A DNA stretch of 64,000 bases from Verrucomicrobiia bacterium (lineage in GTDB: Bacteria; Omnitrophota; Omnitrophia; Omnitrophales; Aquincolibacteriaceae). This document shows positions 48,531 through 57,014 of the stretch, in pieces; within the stretch, counting starts at the first letter, position 1, and each line of letters begins with the position of its first letter. Location of the stretch: the NCBI GenBank assembly GCA_035495615.1, contig DATJFP010000088.1:41763-105762 (forward strand), given 5' to 3'. The position numbers and the translations under genes are program-made. The notes beneath the pieces were generated by a model, which searched no databases, had not been told where the DNA came from, and saw nothing but the letters and a program-made list of their open reading frames with translations.

Positions 48531-48704
48531 GAGGATTTGCCGTCCCTATGTTTTGCTGGCCAAATTGACGTGCTAACTTACCGACTACTTAAAAAATTGA
48601 TTTATATTGTTATATTTAAACTATATATCAAAGTTTTTAAACTCACAATAGTATAGACCGAAATAATTGTAAGTTAAATACTTGATAAAAGTTTTTATGA
48701 AGTA

Positions 48705-48733
48705 AGTATAGCCGCCACTTTCTAAATTGTCAA
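48705..48733 (-). promoter_or_regulatory. Candidate sigma70-type promoter for the giant gene: TTGACA, 17-nt spacer, TATACT on the minus strand
   Basis: The minus strand reads ccgaTTGACAatttagaaagtggcggcTATACTtac inside the 266-bp AT-rich gap (48531..48796) between the receiver gene and the giant-gene ATG. The predicted TSS is near 48697, giving a ~165-nt leader. Confidence 0.4.
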
Positions 48734-48779
48734 TCGGAACTTTAGGCAGAAAGGGAGTTTAGCCTGGTTTTAAGGAAAG

Positions 48780-48795
48780 CCCCTACAATAAGGGG
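48780..48795 (-). terminator. Short GC hairpin (CCCCT-acaata-AGGGG) directly after the stop codon of the receiver gene, flanked by T-rich sequence. A possible weak intrinsic terminator or attenuator.
   Basis: The plus strand reads gaaagCCCCTacaatAAGGGGtttattc at 48776..48803. Receiver stop codon (TAA) is at 48799..48797. The U-tract on the minus strand is poor (cuuuccuu). Confidence 0.25.
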
Positions 48796-48796
48796 T

Positions 48797-49228
48797 TTAT
48801 TCTTCGGGATCGTCTTCCGGGGTCTTCTTCGGGGCGAGGTTATCTTCGATGCATTTGACCAGGTCCTTGGTACTGACCGGCTTAGAAAGGGCAGGTTTAA
48901 TGGTAAACGGCCGCCCCCCTACCACTCCGCCGAAGGCTTCGCTTTGCCCCTTGCCCACGGTAGCGGTAAGAAAAACGATGGGGGTGTTATTGATCTTTTC
49001 CGTTTCTCGGATTTCGATGGCCACCTCCGTACCACGCTTGTCCGGCATAATCACGTCCAGAAGAATGAGGTCGGGTTTGAAGTCTTTGGCCGCCTGCAGC
49101 CCCTGGGCGCCTTTGGTCTCCACGCGGACCTCGAACTTTCCGAGGGCTTCCAGGTTTTTTTTGATCATGCTTGCGAATTTTTCTTCATCGTCGATAACAA
49201 GGATTTTTTTCTTTGCCGGGTCTGCCAT
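48797..49228 (-). CDS. Stand-alone response-regulator receiver (CheY-like REC) protein with an acidic C-terminal tail
   Basis: ORF-track translation [17 protein letters not shown]...LILLDVIMPDKRGTEV...VFLTA has the REC hallmarks (DD pair, phospho-acceptor D in LLDVIMP, T and K in the later loops). An 11-bp gap to the downstream kinase suggests an operon. Confidence 0.8.
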   Translation of the reverse strand: MADPAKKKILVIDDEEKFASMIKKNLEALGKFEVRVETKGAQGLQAAKDFKPDLILLDVIMPDKRGTEVAIEIRETEKINNTPIVFLTATVGKGQSEAFGGVVGGRPFTIKPALSKPVSTKDLVKCIEDNLAPKKTPEDDPEE

Positions 49229-49239
49229 GATTCCTCCTG

Positions 49240-50802
49240 TTAAAATTTCAGCGTGACTTTGGCGCCGTTTTTCTTTCGGTTTTCGATTTTTATTTCCCCT
49301 TTGTGCATTTCGACGATGCTTCGAACGACCGAAAGGCCCAAACCGGTGCCGCCGAGTCCGCGGCGCGTCGTAATGAACGGGTCAAAAATCTTGTCTAGAA
49401 TCTCCGCAGGGATGCCCGTTCCTGTATCTTCTATTTCGACCACGACGCGAAATTCTCCAGCAGGAGGATCCAGGCGACGCGTCGTCAAAATAAGGTCGCC
49501 TCCCTGAGGCATCGCGTGAATGGCATTGGAGAACAGGTTAACAAAAACCTGCATCATCCTGTTTTTGTCGAGCGGCAGCGGAGAAACGCCCGAATCGTAT
49601 TTCTTGGAAGTTTGGACTTTATTATTCATCAGCAGGTGCTTGACCAGATTCAGCGATTCATCCATGACTGAATGCAAATCCACGTTTTCCATCATGGGTT
49701 CCACGGGAGCGGCAAAATCCAGGAGACCTTTGATGACAGCGTCGGCCCGGCGCACCGCGTCGATCATGTCCTGCAGGACGCTTGCCTTTTCCTGATCTGC
49801 ATCACCCATCGTCTGCTGTAAATATTCCGCGCCTTGAAGCAGGATCGCCAGGGGGTTTTTGACCTCATGAGCCACGCCCGCGGCTAAGCGGCCCACCGAT
49901 TGCAATTTCTCCGCCTGGATGAGCTGGTCCTGGGTGGAACGCAGACGTTCATTGACCCGTTTCAATTCCATCAGGGCTTCGATGAGCTTCTGCTCGTTCT
50001 TTAATTGCTCCTGAATGGCGTCTTTGAGCTTTTCCTCGACCTTGACCTGGTCCGAGATCTCCCGAAAAAAAAGCATCAGGCCGGCAAGCGTGTTGTTGTC
50101 AAACACCGGATGGACAACGAAGTTCACCGTCAAGGTCCCGCCCTTTTTGTCATAAAAAGAGACCTGATCGGCGGCGCGCAGTTGTCCGTCGCGGAGGGTT
50201 TCCAACATTTCTTTCCCTGGATTCAAAGCCGGCGGTGAAAGGCCTGTATCCGGCATCAGGATCTCCTCGAGGCTGTGGCCGAGAATCTCCTTCACGCTCC
50301 GTCCGAGCATCCGGCACGCAGAAGCATTCGTTTGAACAGCCCTGCCGTTCAGGTCCGTCTCCACGATTCCTTCGGTCACGGCATTCACGATCAAAGCCTT
50401 CCTCAGCTGGCTGCTCAGGAGCGCGATCTGGAGATCTTTCTTGGAAGCGGCATTCTTAAGCCAATGCGCCAGAAGCTCCGCGTCCAGGCTCGCCTTGGGA
50501 AGATAATCGGCAAATCCCATCTGCAGGGCCTGGGCGGCCGCCCGCTCATCATTGTTGCGGATGAGCGCAAGAACAGGGATTTGTTTGGACTCGGAAGAGA
50601 ATTTTTCAACGCGATCGGGACGTCCGGAAAAAAAATCGAAATTGACCAGAATGATGGAAGGCAAAAAACCGCGGATCTTCGACAAGCCCTCTTCGAGGTC
50701 CGCCGCTCTATAAATCTGCAGGCTCGCTATTTTCTGCGATTCCAGCAGCCCTTCCAAAAAGTCGGCATCCTGGGCATTGTTTTCGATGAGAAGGACCTTC
50801 AT
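49240..50802 (-). CDS. Sensor histidine kinase with N-terminal receiver-like domain, PAS domain, HisKA (AHEVKNPLAIL) and HATPase_c (DTGTGI...GGTGLGL)
   Basis: Translation from the ORF track. The H-box, N/G1/G2 boxes and a PAS-like segment are recognisable. Confidence 0.8.
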   Translation of the reverse strand: MKVLLIENNAQDADFLEGLLESQKIASLQIYRAADLEEGLSKIRGFLPSIILVNFDFFSGRPDRVEKFSSESKQIPVLALIRNNDERAAAQALQMGFADYLPKASLDAELLAHWLKNAASKKDLQIALLSSQLRKALIVNAVTEGIVETDLNGRAVQTNASACRMLGRSVKEILGHSLEEILMPDTGLSPPALNPGKEMLETLRDGQLRAADQVSFYDKKGGTLTVNFVVHPVFDNNTLAGLMLFFREISDQVKVEEKLKDAIQEQLKNEQKLIEALMELKRVNERLRSTQDQLIQAEKLQSVGRLAAGVAHEVKNPLAILLQGAEYLQQTMGDADQEKASVLQDMIDAVRRADAVIKGLLDFAAPVEPMMENVDLHSVMDESLNLVKHLLMNNKVQTSKKYDSGVSPLPLDKNRMMQVFVNLFSNAIHAMPQGGDLILTTRRLDPPAGEFRVVVEIEDTGTGIPAEILDKIFDPFITTRRGLGGTGLGLSVVRSIVEMHKGEIKIENRKKNGAKVTLKF

Positions 50803-50877
50803 GACGACACACCGGTCTTCGGGAATAAACCAGATTCAGGAAGGAAATGTTGGGGCGCGGGACGTAGGAAGCGAGGA

Positions 50878-51243
50878 TTACTCTTCCCCAAGATTGCTTC
50901 GCACTTTTTTTAGCAGGTCTTCCGGGCGGTAGGGCTTCACCATGTAGTCCTTGACGCCTTCGAGCTCGAACAGGTCTTTCATCTTATCCTTGGCAGTCAG
51001 GACAATCACGGGAGTCGCCTTGATGGCCTCATTGCGCTTGAGCGTCCTTACGAAAGTGTAGCCGTCCATCTTGGGCATGAGAACATCGACGATGATGAGA
51101 TCGGGATGTTCTTTTTGGACTTGCAGGAGGCCTTCTTCCCCGTCATGAGCCGTCACTACCTGATAGGAACACGCCACCAAACGGTTCTTCAGCAGTTCCA
51201 CGATGTGGGGGTCGTCGTCAATGACTAGGATTTTTTTTGACAT
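50878..51243 (-). CDS. Single-domain response regulator (CheY-like)
   Basis: [18 protein letters not shown]...[14 protein letters not shown]...VIVLTAKD...MVKP are canonical REC motifs. Confidence 0.8.
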   Translation of the reverse strand: MSKKILVIDDDPHIVELLKNRLVACSYQVVTAHDGEEGLLQVQKEHPDLIIVDVLMPKMDGYTFVRTLKRNEAIKATPVIVLTAKDKMKDLFELEGVKDYMVKPYRPEDLLKKVRSNLGEE

Positions 51244-51326
51244 TCATCCTCAATGCCTTCGCCGGGAGAGGGCCCGATGTCGGCCCCTAAAATATCGGCC
51301 TCTCTCCAGGGAAAATTAAGCGAAGA

Positions 51327-51402
51327 TGGTGGACCTGAGGAGGATCGAACTCCTGACCTCATCGTTGCGAACGATGCGCTCTCCCAGCTGAGCTACAGGC
51401 CC
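51327..51402 (-). tRNA. tRNA-Ala (anticodon CGC) with encoded CCA
   Basis: The reverse complement reads GGGCCTGTAGCTCAGCTGGGAGAGCGCATCGTTCGCAACGATGAGGTCAGGAGTTCGATCCTCCTCAGGTCCACCA. It has a 7-bp acceptor stem with the G3:U70 Ala identity pair, D-loop AGCTGGGA, anticodon loop TTCGCAA, T-loop TTCGATC and a 3' CCA. Confidence 0.85.
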
Positions 51403-51411
51403 ATTGAATTT

Positions 51412-52257
51412 TTAGTCCAGACGCGAAAAGGATTCCGACGCGTTAAGAAACTGGCGGAGCACTTCAAAGACCTTTTCCTGGCCTAATTCATTAAAAATTT
51501 CATGATAAAACCCCTCGAAGATTTGCATCTCTTTGTGGGGTGACTTCACTTTGTCAAAGAAAGCCTTCGTTTTTTCCCGGTCCACGACTTTTTCAAGCCC
51601 AGACATCAGGATGTAAACGGGAAAAGGGAAATCAAATGCCGGTTCGGCATCAATTTTGCGGCCATATGTTATCATTTCCGCCAGCAATCGAACAGAAATT
51701 TTTCGCTTAATGAGCGGGTCCTTTTTGTAGGCCTCGATCTCTTCGGGATTATGCGACAAGTGCGGCGGGTAGACGGGATTGGCATACACGAGCCTCGGGT
51801 GAATCCGGTTGAGCATCGCGTTGAATGCGATCAGAAAGGAAGACAGCTTGAGCCCCAGGCACGGTGACGATAAAATCAAGCACGCAATTTCTTCCGGAAA
51901 CCGCTTCGCCCAATGGACCGCGACAAGCCCGCCGAGGCTGTGCCCGAACAGAATGATCTTACCGTTCACACCGTGGCGTTTTCTCAAAAAATCCCGGAAC
52001 GCGGTGAGGTCGTCCACAAACCGGTCGAGCGAATCAATATAAACCTCGCGTCCCCCTGAACGCCCCATACCCCGCGCGTCGTACATGGCCAGGGATATCT
52101 TCTGCGTTTCGAGATGACGGACAAATTTATGATACCGGCCGCAGTGCTCGCCGTGTCCATGGACGATGATCATGGTCCTCTTGGCGTCGGGATTAGCGTA
52201 ATAGCGGTAAAATAATTTTGTCCCGTCCTGCGCTTGAAAAAAATCCTGCTCTTCCAT
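51412..52257 (-). CDS. Alpha/beta-hydrolase of the lysophospholipase / monoacylglycerol-lipase family
   Basis: Has the HGxGEH oxyanion region (IVHGHGEH) and the nucleophile elbow GHSLGG. Confidence 0.75.
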   Translation of the reverse strand: MEEQDFFQAQDGTKLFYRYYANPDAKRTMIIVHGHGEHCGRYHKFVRHLETQKISLAMYDARGMGRSGGREVYIDSLDRFVDDLTAFRDFLRKRHGVNGKIILFGHSLGGLVAVHWAKRFPEEIACLILSSPCLGLKLSSFLIAFNAMLNRIHPRLVYANPVYPPHLSHNPEEIEAYKKDPLIKRKISVRLLAEMITYGRKIDAEPAFDFPFPVYILMSGLEKVVDREKTKAFFDKVKSPHKEMQIFEGFYHEIFNELGQEKVFEVLRQFLNASESFSRLD

Positions 52258-52267
52258 GCCGCTGCTT

Positions 52268-54073
52268 TCAGGAAACGGTCCTGAAAGACTCTCCTTTTTG
52301 ATACATGGCTTCGACCACCGATTGGAACTTTTCCAAAACCGCCTTCCGTTTGATTTTCAGGGTAGGCGTCAGCTCTCCCCCTTCGACGGTCAGGTCCTTT
52401 TCGAGAAGCGTGAAATATTTGATCTGTTCATACCGCGCGAGATTCGCCGTCTTGGCCTTAATATGCTCCTCGGCCCACTGCAGGATCTGGGGATCTTTGA
52501 GGAGTTCCGCCCACGGCCGCTGCAGTCCCAGAGCGGCGGCATGCCCCTCGAATTCGGTGCGGTTAGGGACGATCAGGGCCACAAGATAGTTCCGCTTGTC
52601 GCCGACCACCACGGCCTGGAGGAAGATGCGGTCTGCGGTCAGTGTGTTTTCGATGTTCTGCGGGGAGATATTCTTCCCGCCCGAGGTTACGATGATGTCT
52701 TTTTTCCGATCTGTGATTTTCAAAAAACCTTCCGCATCGATTTCTCCGATATCTCCGGTACGAAACCAGTCTCCGTCAAACACCTGCCGCGTGGCCTCGG
52801 GATTCTTGTAATAACCTTTCATGACGCACGGTCCCTTGGTGAGGATTTCGCCGTCCTCCGCGATTTTGACTTCCACGTTGGGAAGCGGCTTCCCTACGGT
52901 TCCCAATTTGAGCGCATTGGGACAGTTCACCGCAATGACCGGGGAGGTTTCGGTGAGTCCGTATCCTTCCAAAATAACGACGCCGGCTGCGTAAAAAAAT
53001 TCCGCGAGCTCTTTGGAAAGCGGGGCCCCGCCCGAAATAAAAAACCGGATACGCCCTCCGAGCTTGCCGCGCAGTTTATTGAAAACCAGAAGCGCGGCAA
53101 TGCCTCTTTTGAATTTCAAAGCAGGCGAAGGCTGTTTCTTACGCAGGTTGACGGCTGCGTACTCCCGCCCCGTTTTCACGGCCCAGGCAAACAGAGCTTT
53201 GCGGAGCGGCGAGGCATGCTCGATCTTTTCCATGATACGCGCATGCATTTTTTCGTAGAGGCGCGGGACGCTGGCCGCAATCGTCGGTCGCACTTTCATC
53301 ATGTCGTCGGGAACGCTCTGCATACTTTCCGCGTAGGCAATGGCAGCGCCGTGAAAAATCATGAAATAATAGCCGGCAAGGCGCTCGAAGACGTGGCTCA
53401 AGGGCAGAAAAGAAAGCGCGACATCGTCTTCCCGGACTTCGATGACTTCGCTGGCGCCGAGGTAATTCGCCACGAAATTCCGGTGGGTCAGCATGACTCC
53501 TTTCGGAGGGCCCGTGGTGCCGGAAGTATAGATTAGCGTCGCAAGATCTTCGGGCGACGTCTTGTCTATTTCCTGGCGCACCGTGTCGGGCGAGCGTTTT
53601 TTTTCTTCTTCTCCTTTTTTCAGAAAACCGTCGAATCCGGGCCCGTCGAAGAGGACGAGCATCCGGAGCGCCTGGTAGCCCGACAATGCCTCCTGAATGC
53701 GCGCCTGCTGTTCTTGCGTGGAGACAAACAGGACCTCGATACCGGCATTTTCCAGGATGTAACGGATGTCTTTGCAGGAGGAGGTGGGATAAATGGGAAC
53801 CGTGACGGCTCCAAGCGACAAAATACCGAGATCGGCGACAGTCCATTCAGGCCGGTTTTCGGAAAGGATTCCGACGCGGTCCCCTCGGCGCACGCTGGCC
53901 GCATGAAGCGCGAAGGCCGCCGCCTCGACTTTGGCAGCCCATTCCTTCCAGGTCCAGCCCACGTAATCGCCTGAGGGACGGGTCTTATAGAAGAGCGCTT
54001 TTCTGTCCCGGAACCGGTCCACCCGCGCGAGGTAAAGCTGGACCAGGTTGGATGACAACTCCTGATTGTCCAT
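52268..54073 (-). CDS. Long-chain fatty-acid--CoA ligase (AMP-dependent synthetase/ligase, FadD-like)
   Basis: AMP-binding motif YTSGTTGPPKGV, plus GYGLTE and the C-terminal ...RTGDIG... / ...GGKNISP... elements. Confidence 0.8.
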   Translation of the reverse strand: MDNQELSSNLVQLYLARVDRFRDRKALFYKTRPSGDYVGWTWKEWAAKVEAAAFALHAASVRRGDRVGILSENRPEWTVADLGILSLGAVTVPIYPTSSCKDIRYILENAGIEVLFVSTQEQQARIQEALSGYQALRMLVLFDGPGFDGFLKKGEEEKKRSPDTVRQEIDKTSPEDLATLIYTSGTTGPPKGVMLTHRNFVANYLGASEVIEVREDDVALSFLPLSHVFERLAGYYFMIFHGAAIAYAESMQSVPDDMMKVRPTIAASVPRLYEKMHARIMEKIEHASPLRKALFAWAVKTGREYAAVNLRKKQPSPALKFKRGIAALLVFNKLRGKLGGRIRFFISGGAPLSKELAEFFYAAGVVILEGYGLTETSPVIAVNCPNALKLGTVGKPLPNVEVKIAEDGEILTKGPCVMKGYYKNPEATRQVFDGDWFRTGDIGEIDAEGFLKITDRKKDIIVTSGGKNISPQNIENTLTADRIFLQAVVVGDKRNYLVALIVPNRTEFEGHAAALGLQRPWAELLKDPQILQWAEEHIKAKTANLARYEQIKYFTLLEKDLTVEGGELTPTLKIKRKAVLEKFQSVVEAMYQKGESFRTVS

Positions 54074-54116
54074 CGGACCTCCGGAAGATACTGTTGCTGG
54101 CCGCGGACTGGCGGGG

Positions 54117-54818
54117 CTAAAGGGGCTGTTCTTGATCCTGAGATTCTTCGGAGGGGCCCTGGTCGAACGAATCGACGGTTGCCTTGTTCTTTTCGGTTTC
54201 TTGTCCGATCAGACGCATTTTTTCCTGCCGCAGAATCTCATCCACATCCTCAGATTTGACCTCACCCGCGTCCTTCTTCTTTTCTTGGATCTCCTCGAGT
54301 AATTTGCGGTGGATCTTAGCCTGGTCTGTTATTTGTTCGATTTGGGCAATTTGCGCTTGGCGGGCTTGCTTGATTTTCTCATTCGCGCGGATGATTTCGC
54401 TGATCTGCTTTTGAATCCGGATCACCTGGAGGTCGCGGAAAACATTGCTTCCCCCTCCCCCTCCTCCCGACGCGGGAGCTGCATTGACGGATGCCGGCGG
54501 AAGAGCGGCCGCTTTCTGCGATTCGGTGACGCCTTTCGGCGCGGCCTTCATTTTATCAGGAGCCGACCGCGGTGCTTCGTCCTCGGCCACGGCATCCGGA
54601 AGTTGGAAATCGTCGGATGTAACCTGCTGTTTCATGTCTTCGGTCGTCATCTCCAAAACATTCGGGCGGGTCAATTCGGCATCATCGGAAGGCATCGAAA
54701 GGCTGCTGGAAGACTGGGACAGGGAATCGGATTTCTGCTTTTCCTGTTTTTTCCCGAAAGTAAAACCCAAACTCAAACACACCGAGAGAGTTACAACAAG
54801 GAACTGCCGGTGAAGCAT
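54117..54818 (-). CDS. Secreted coiled-coil / low-complexity hypothetical protein (signal peptide, then S/Q/E-rich, GGGGGG, heptad-like C-terminus)
   Basis: The N-terminus MLHRQFLVVTLSVCLSLGFTFG looks like a signal peptide. No enzymatic motifs were found. Confidence 0.5.
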   Translation of the reverse strand: MLHRQFLVVTLSVCLSLGFTFGKKQEKQKSDSLSQSSSSLSMPSDDAELTRPNVLEMTTEDMKQQVTSDDFQLPDAVAEDEAPRSAPDKMKAAPKGVTESQKAAALPPASVNAAPASGGGGGGSNVFRDLQVIRIQKQISEIIRANEKIKQARQAQIAQIEQITDQAKIHRKLLEEIQEKKKDAGEVKSEDVDEILRQEKMRLIGQETEKNKATVDSFDQGPSEESQDQEQPL

Positions 54819-54980
54819 ATTTCCCCTTTCGAGCCTATTCCCCGCGTCATGAAACGGGGGCCGCAGATGTTGCTAAAAGTTATCGGCCTTTTATCTTAAG
54901 GATTAAGAGCTGTGCACTCAAATACTAGCATGGAAACTTAAATTTGTCATCCAACCATCAAAAAGGAGCCAAAACTATCA

Positions 54981-57014
54981 TCATTCAGCCAAAAGTTGTT
55001 TAATTTCATTAATTTGCGCACGCGCCACTTCTTCCCCGGCCTTGATGAATTTCTGAGGATAATAGAACTGGGCCCAGTGAGCATCCGGAACCATGGGATG
55101 CAGGAGGATGTCCGCCTTCTTGCCCCAGACTTCAGCCATCTCGAATTCCATGAATTGGATCGTATTCATGATGACGTTGAAAATGTTATCGGAATAGCGT
55201 TTGTGAAAGCGGTCGACCTGGTTAGTAACCGCTTTGTCCCAGAAATTCTTATTGGCCACCATCTCCATGCGCTTGCGGTACTTTTCCTGCTGAATTTTGT
55301 GCTTTTCCGCCCAATCCATCGGGCTGGGCAGCACGTTCACGCCGATGATTTTTTTGACGCCTAATTTGCTCAAAACGCGCACGGGTAACGGGTCGATCAC
55401 CCCACCGTCGATCAAAAGCTGGCCTTCGTGCTGGAACGGCCTGAAGATGCCGGGAATCGAAACGCTGGCGCGGATCGCATCCGTGACTTTGCCCGCCCGG
55501 AAAATGACTTCTTCAGCCGTAAATAAGTTCGTTGCCGTGACCCGCAGCGGAATTTTGAGGTCCTGAAACGTCTTGTCGCCCAGATAGGGCGCCAAAAAAT
55601 GGTGCAGCTTCTGTCCTTTGAAAAAGCCATGATGAGCGATCGACAAATCCGCAAACCCGAAGATTTTGAAAAAGGCCGTTTTCTTGTCGATGCCGAAAGC
55701 AAATTCTTCGAGCTGATCCGCATTGTATCCGGCCGCCCAGATCGCACCGACAAGCGCGCCGATGCTCGATCCCGCCACCACGTCGATTTGAATGTTCTCC
55801 TGTTCGAGCACGCGCAAGACTCCGATATGCGCCAGACCGTAGGCCGCGCCGCTTCCCAGGGCCAGCCCGGTCAGATTGCCAGAAAGCTCCTTGGCGAGAT
55901 AACGCAGATTGGCATCATAACGGTCGGCTTGACGATGGCGGTCCGGCACCAGAGAAAAAATGCGCTGCCCCAGAAGTCTTTCCTTTTCTTCAAAAGTAAT
56001 TTCCCTGTTTCCGTTGTCATCTTCGGGAACCAGAACCTTGATTTCGCTGCGGCTGAATCCGAAGGCCTTTTCGAATTCCCCCACGAGCCGGGAAGTTTCC
56101 ACGAGGTCCTGAACTTCCGGCCTTGAATAAAGGTAGATCTCGTCGGATTGTTTGAGCGCGCGGAAAGAAAGGTGCGTGTTGTCCCAGGGAAGCTGCAGCA
56201 ATAGATGGTCATAGCGCGCAGTGAGCGAGCTGAGAAGCGCGGAAAGCCTTTTCTCCTCCCGGTCTCCCGCATTTTCAAAGCCGACATGCAGGTAGTGAAA
56301 TCCGGACGGATGCGGGATCAGAAAATTCCGGAGGTCCGATTCCCGGGAAGGCTCCATCGTAGAGAGCTGATAGGCCGGAATGTTTCCCTTTTTCAGCTGT
56401 TCCGAAACTAAGGGAGAAACCGGCGAAACAAAATCGATGAGCACCACGTCGCCGCGGCCCACCTCCATGAGATTGCGGGCAAAGTCAAACCACAGATGGC
56501 CGTCCTGGGAATTCCTGCCTTTCGCATAAAGCGCGGAAATTTTGACTTCGCGCCGTCGAGTTCCCCCCGCGCTCATGGTCAGACGATGTCCCAAAGACCG
56601 GTTGAGATGCAGCGAAATCGCGGGCATTTCGTTGACCAGCCTGAGAAAGTCTTTTTTTTCCAGCTTGAGGATCAGACCGTCGCTTTTGGCTTCGACAGTG
56701 GCGCTGTGCGGACGCCCGGTCAGAAGCGAGGTTTCTCCGAAGTGGTCCCCGCGGTAAAAATTGAGGAGCGTCTGTTCGGGACGGTCGCCCCTGGGGCGGT
56801 TGAAAAGACGAAACCGGCCGGCGCTCACAACATAGAAGGCATCCGCTTCGGTTCCCTCTTCATAAACGATATCGCCCCTCTTGTATTCCAGAAGGCGCGC
56901 TTTTTTTTCGATGATTTTTTGTTCTGCTGGTGTGAGGGACGAAAAGATGGGGATATCCTCTAAGGAAATCTCCAGCCCAATGTCCATTTTGCGCCCGAAT
57001 TGAAAAAATCCCAT
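54981..57014 (-). CDS. Cyclic-nucleotide-binding domain fused to a patatin-like phospholipase
   Basis: The N-terminal cNMP-binding fold has FGE..LL....R.ATV. The patatin part has GSGAAYGLAHIG (Gly-rich oxyanion), GSSIG (GxSxG nucleophile) and IDGGV (DGG catalytic Asp). Confidence 0.8.
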   Translation of the reverse strand: MGFFQFGRKMDIGLEISLEDIPIFSSLTPAEQKIIEKKARLLEYKRGDIVYEEGTEADAFYVVSAGRFRLFNRPRGDRPEQTLLNFYRGDHFGETSLLTGRPHSATVEAKSDGLILKLEKKDFLRLVNEMPAISLHLNRSLGHRLTMSAGGTRRREVKISALYAKGRNSQDGHLWFDFARNLMEVGRGDVVLIDFVSPVSPLVSEQLKKGNIPAYQLSTMEPSRESDLRNFLIPHPSGFHYLHVGFENAGDREEKRLSALLSSLTARYDHLLLQLPWDNTHLSFRALKQSDEIYLYSRPEVQDLVETSRLVGEFEKAFGFSRSEIKVLVPEDDNGNREITFEEKERLLGQRIFSLVPDRHRQADRYDANLRYLAKELSGNLTGLALGSGAAYGLAHIGVLRVLEQENIQIDVVAGSSIGALVGAIWAAGYNADQLEEFAFGIDKKTAFFKIFGFADLSIAHHGFFKGQKLHHFLAPYLGDKTFQDLKIPLRVTATNLFTAEEVIFRAGKVTDAIRASVSIPGIFRPFQHEGQLLIDGGVIDPLPVRVLSKLGVKKIIGVNVLPSPMDWAEKHKIQQEKYRKRMEMVANKNFWDKAVTNQVDRFHKRYSDNIFNVIMNTIQFMEFEMAEVWGKKADILLHPMVPDAHWAQFYYPQKFIKAGEEVARAQINEIKQLLAE

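Noticed and set aside
48565-48600. TTGACG -35-like hexamer on the plus strand in the AT-rich spacer
   Set aside because: It would drive transcription antisense into the receiver gene, and there is no downstream plus-strand gene. It is most likely a chance match in AT-rich DNA.
52256-53536. 426-aa plus-strand ORF. Other plus ORFs in 49-63.9 kb are similar, for example 50275..50913, 55599..56126, 61951..62661 and 62501..63448.
   Set aside because: Each lies antisense to a well-supported minus-strand gene (acyl-CoA ligase, kinase, patatin, GH1, lepB) and has no recognisable motifs.
54819-54980. Hairpin CCCC(G)...(C)GGGG downstream of the patatin gene, as a terminator
   Set aside because: The stem is 4 bp with a 12-13-nt loop and no following U-tract.
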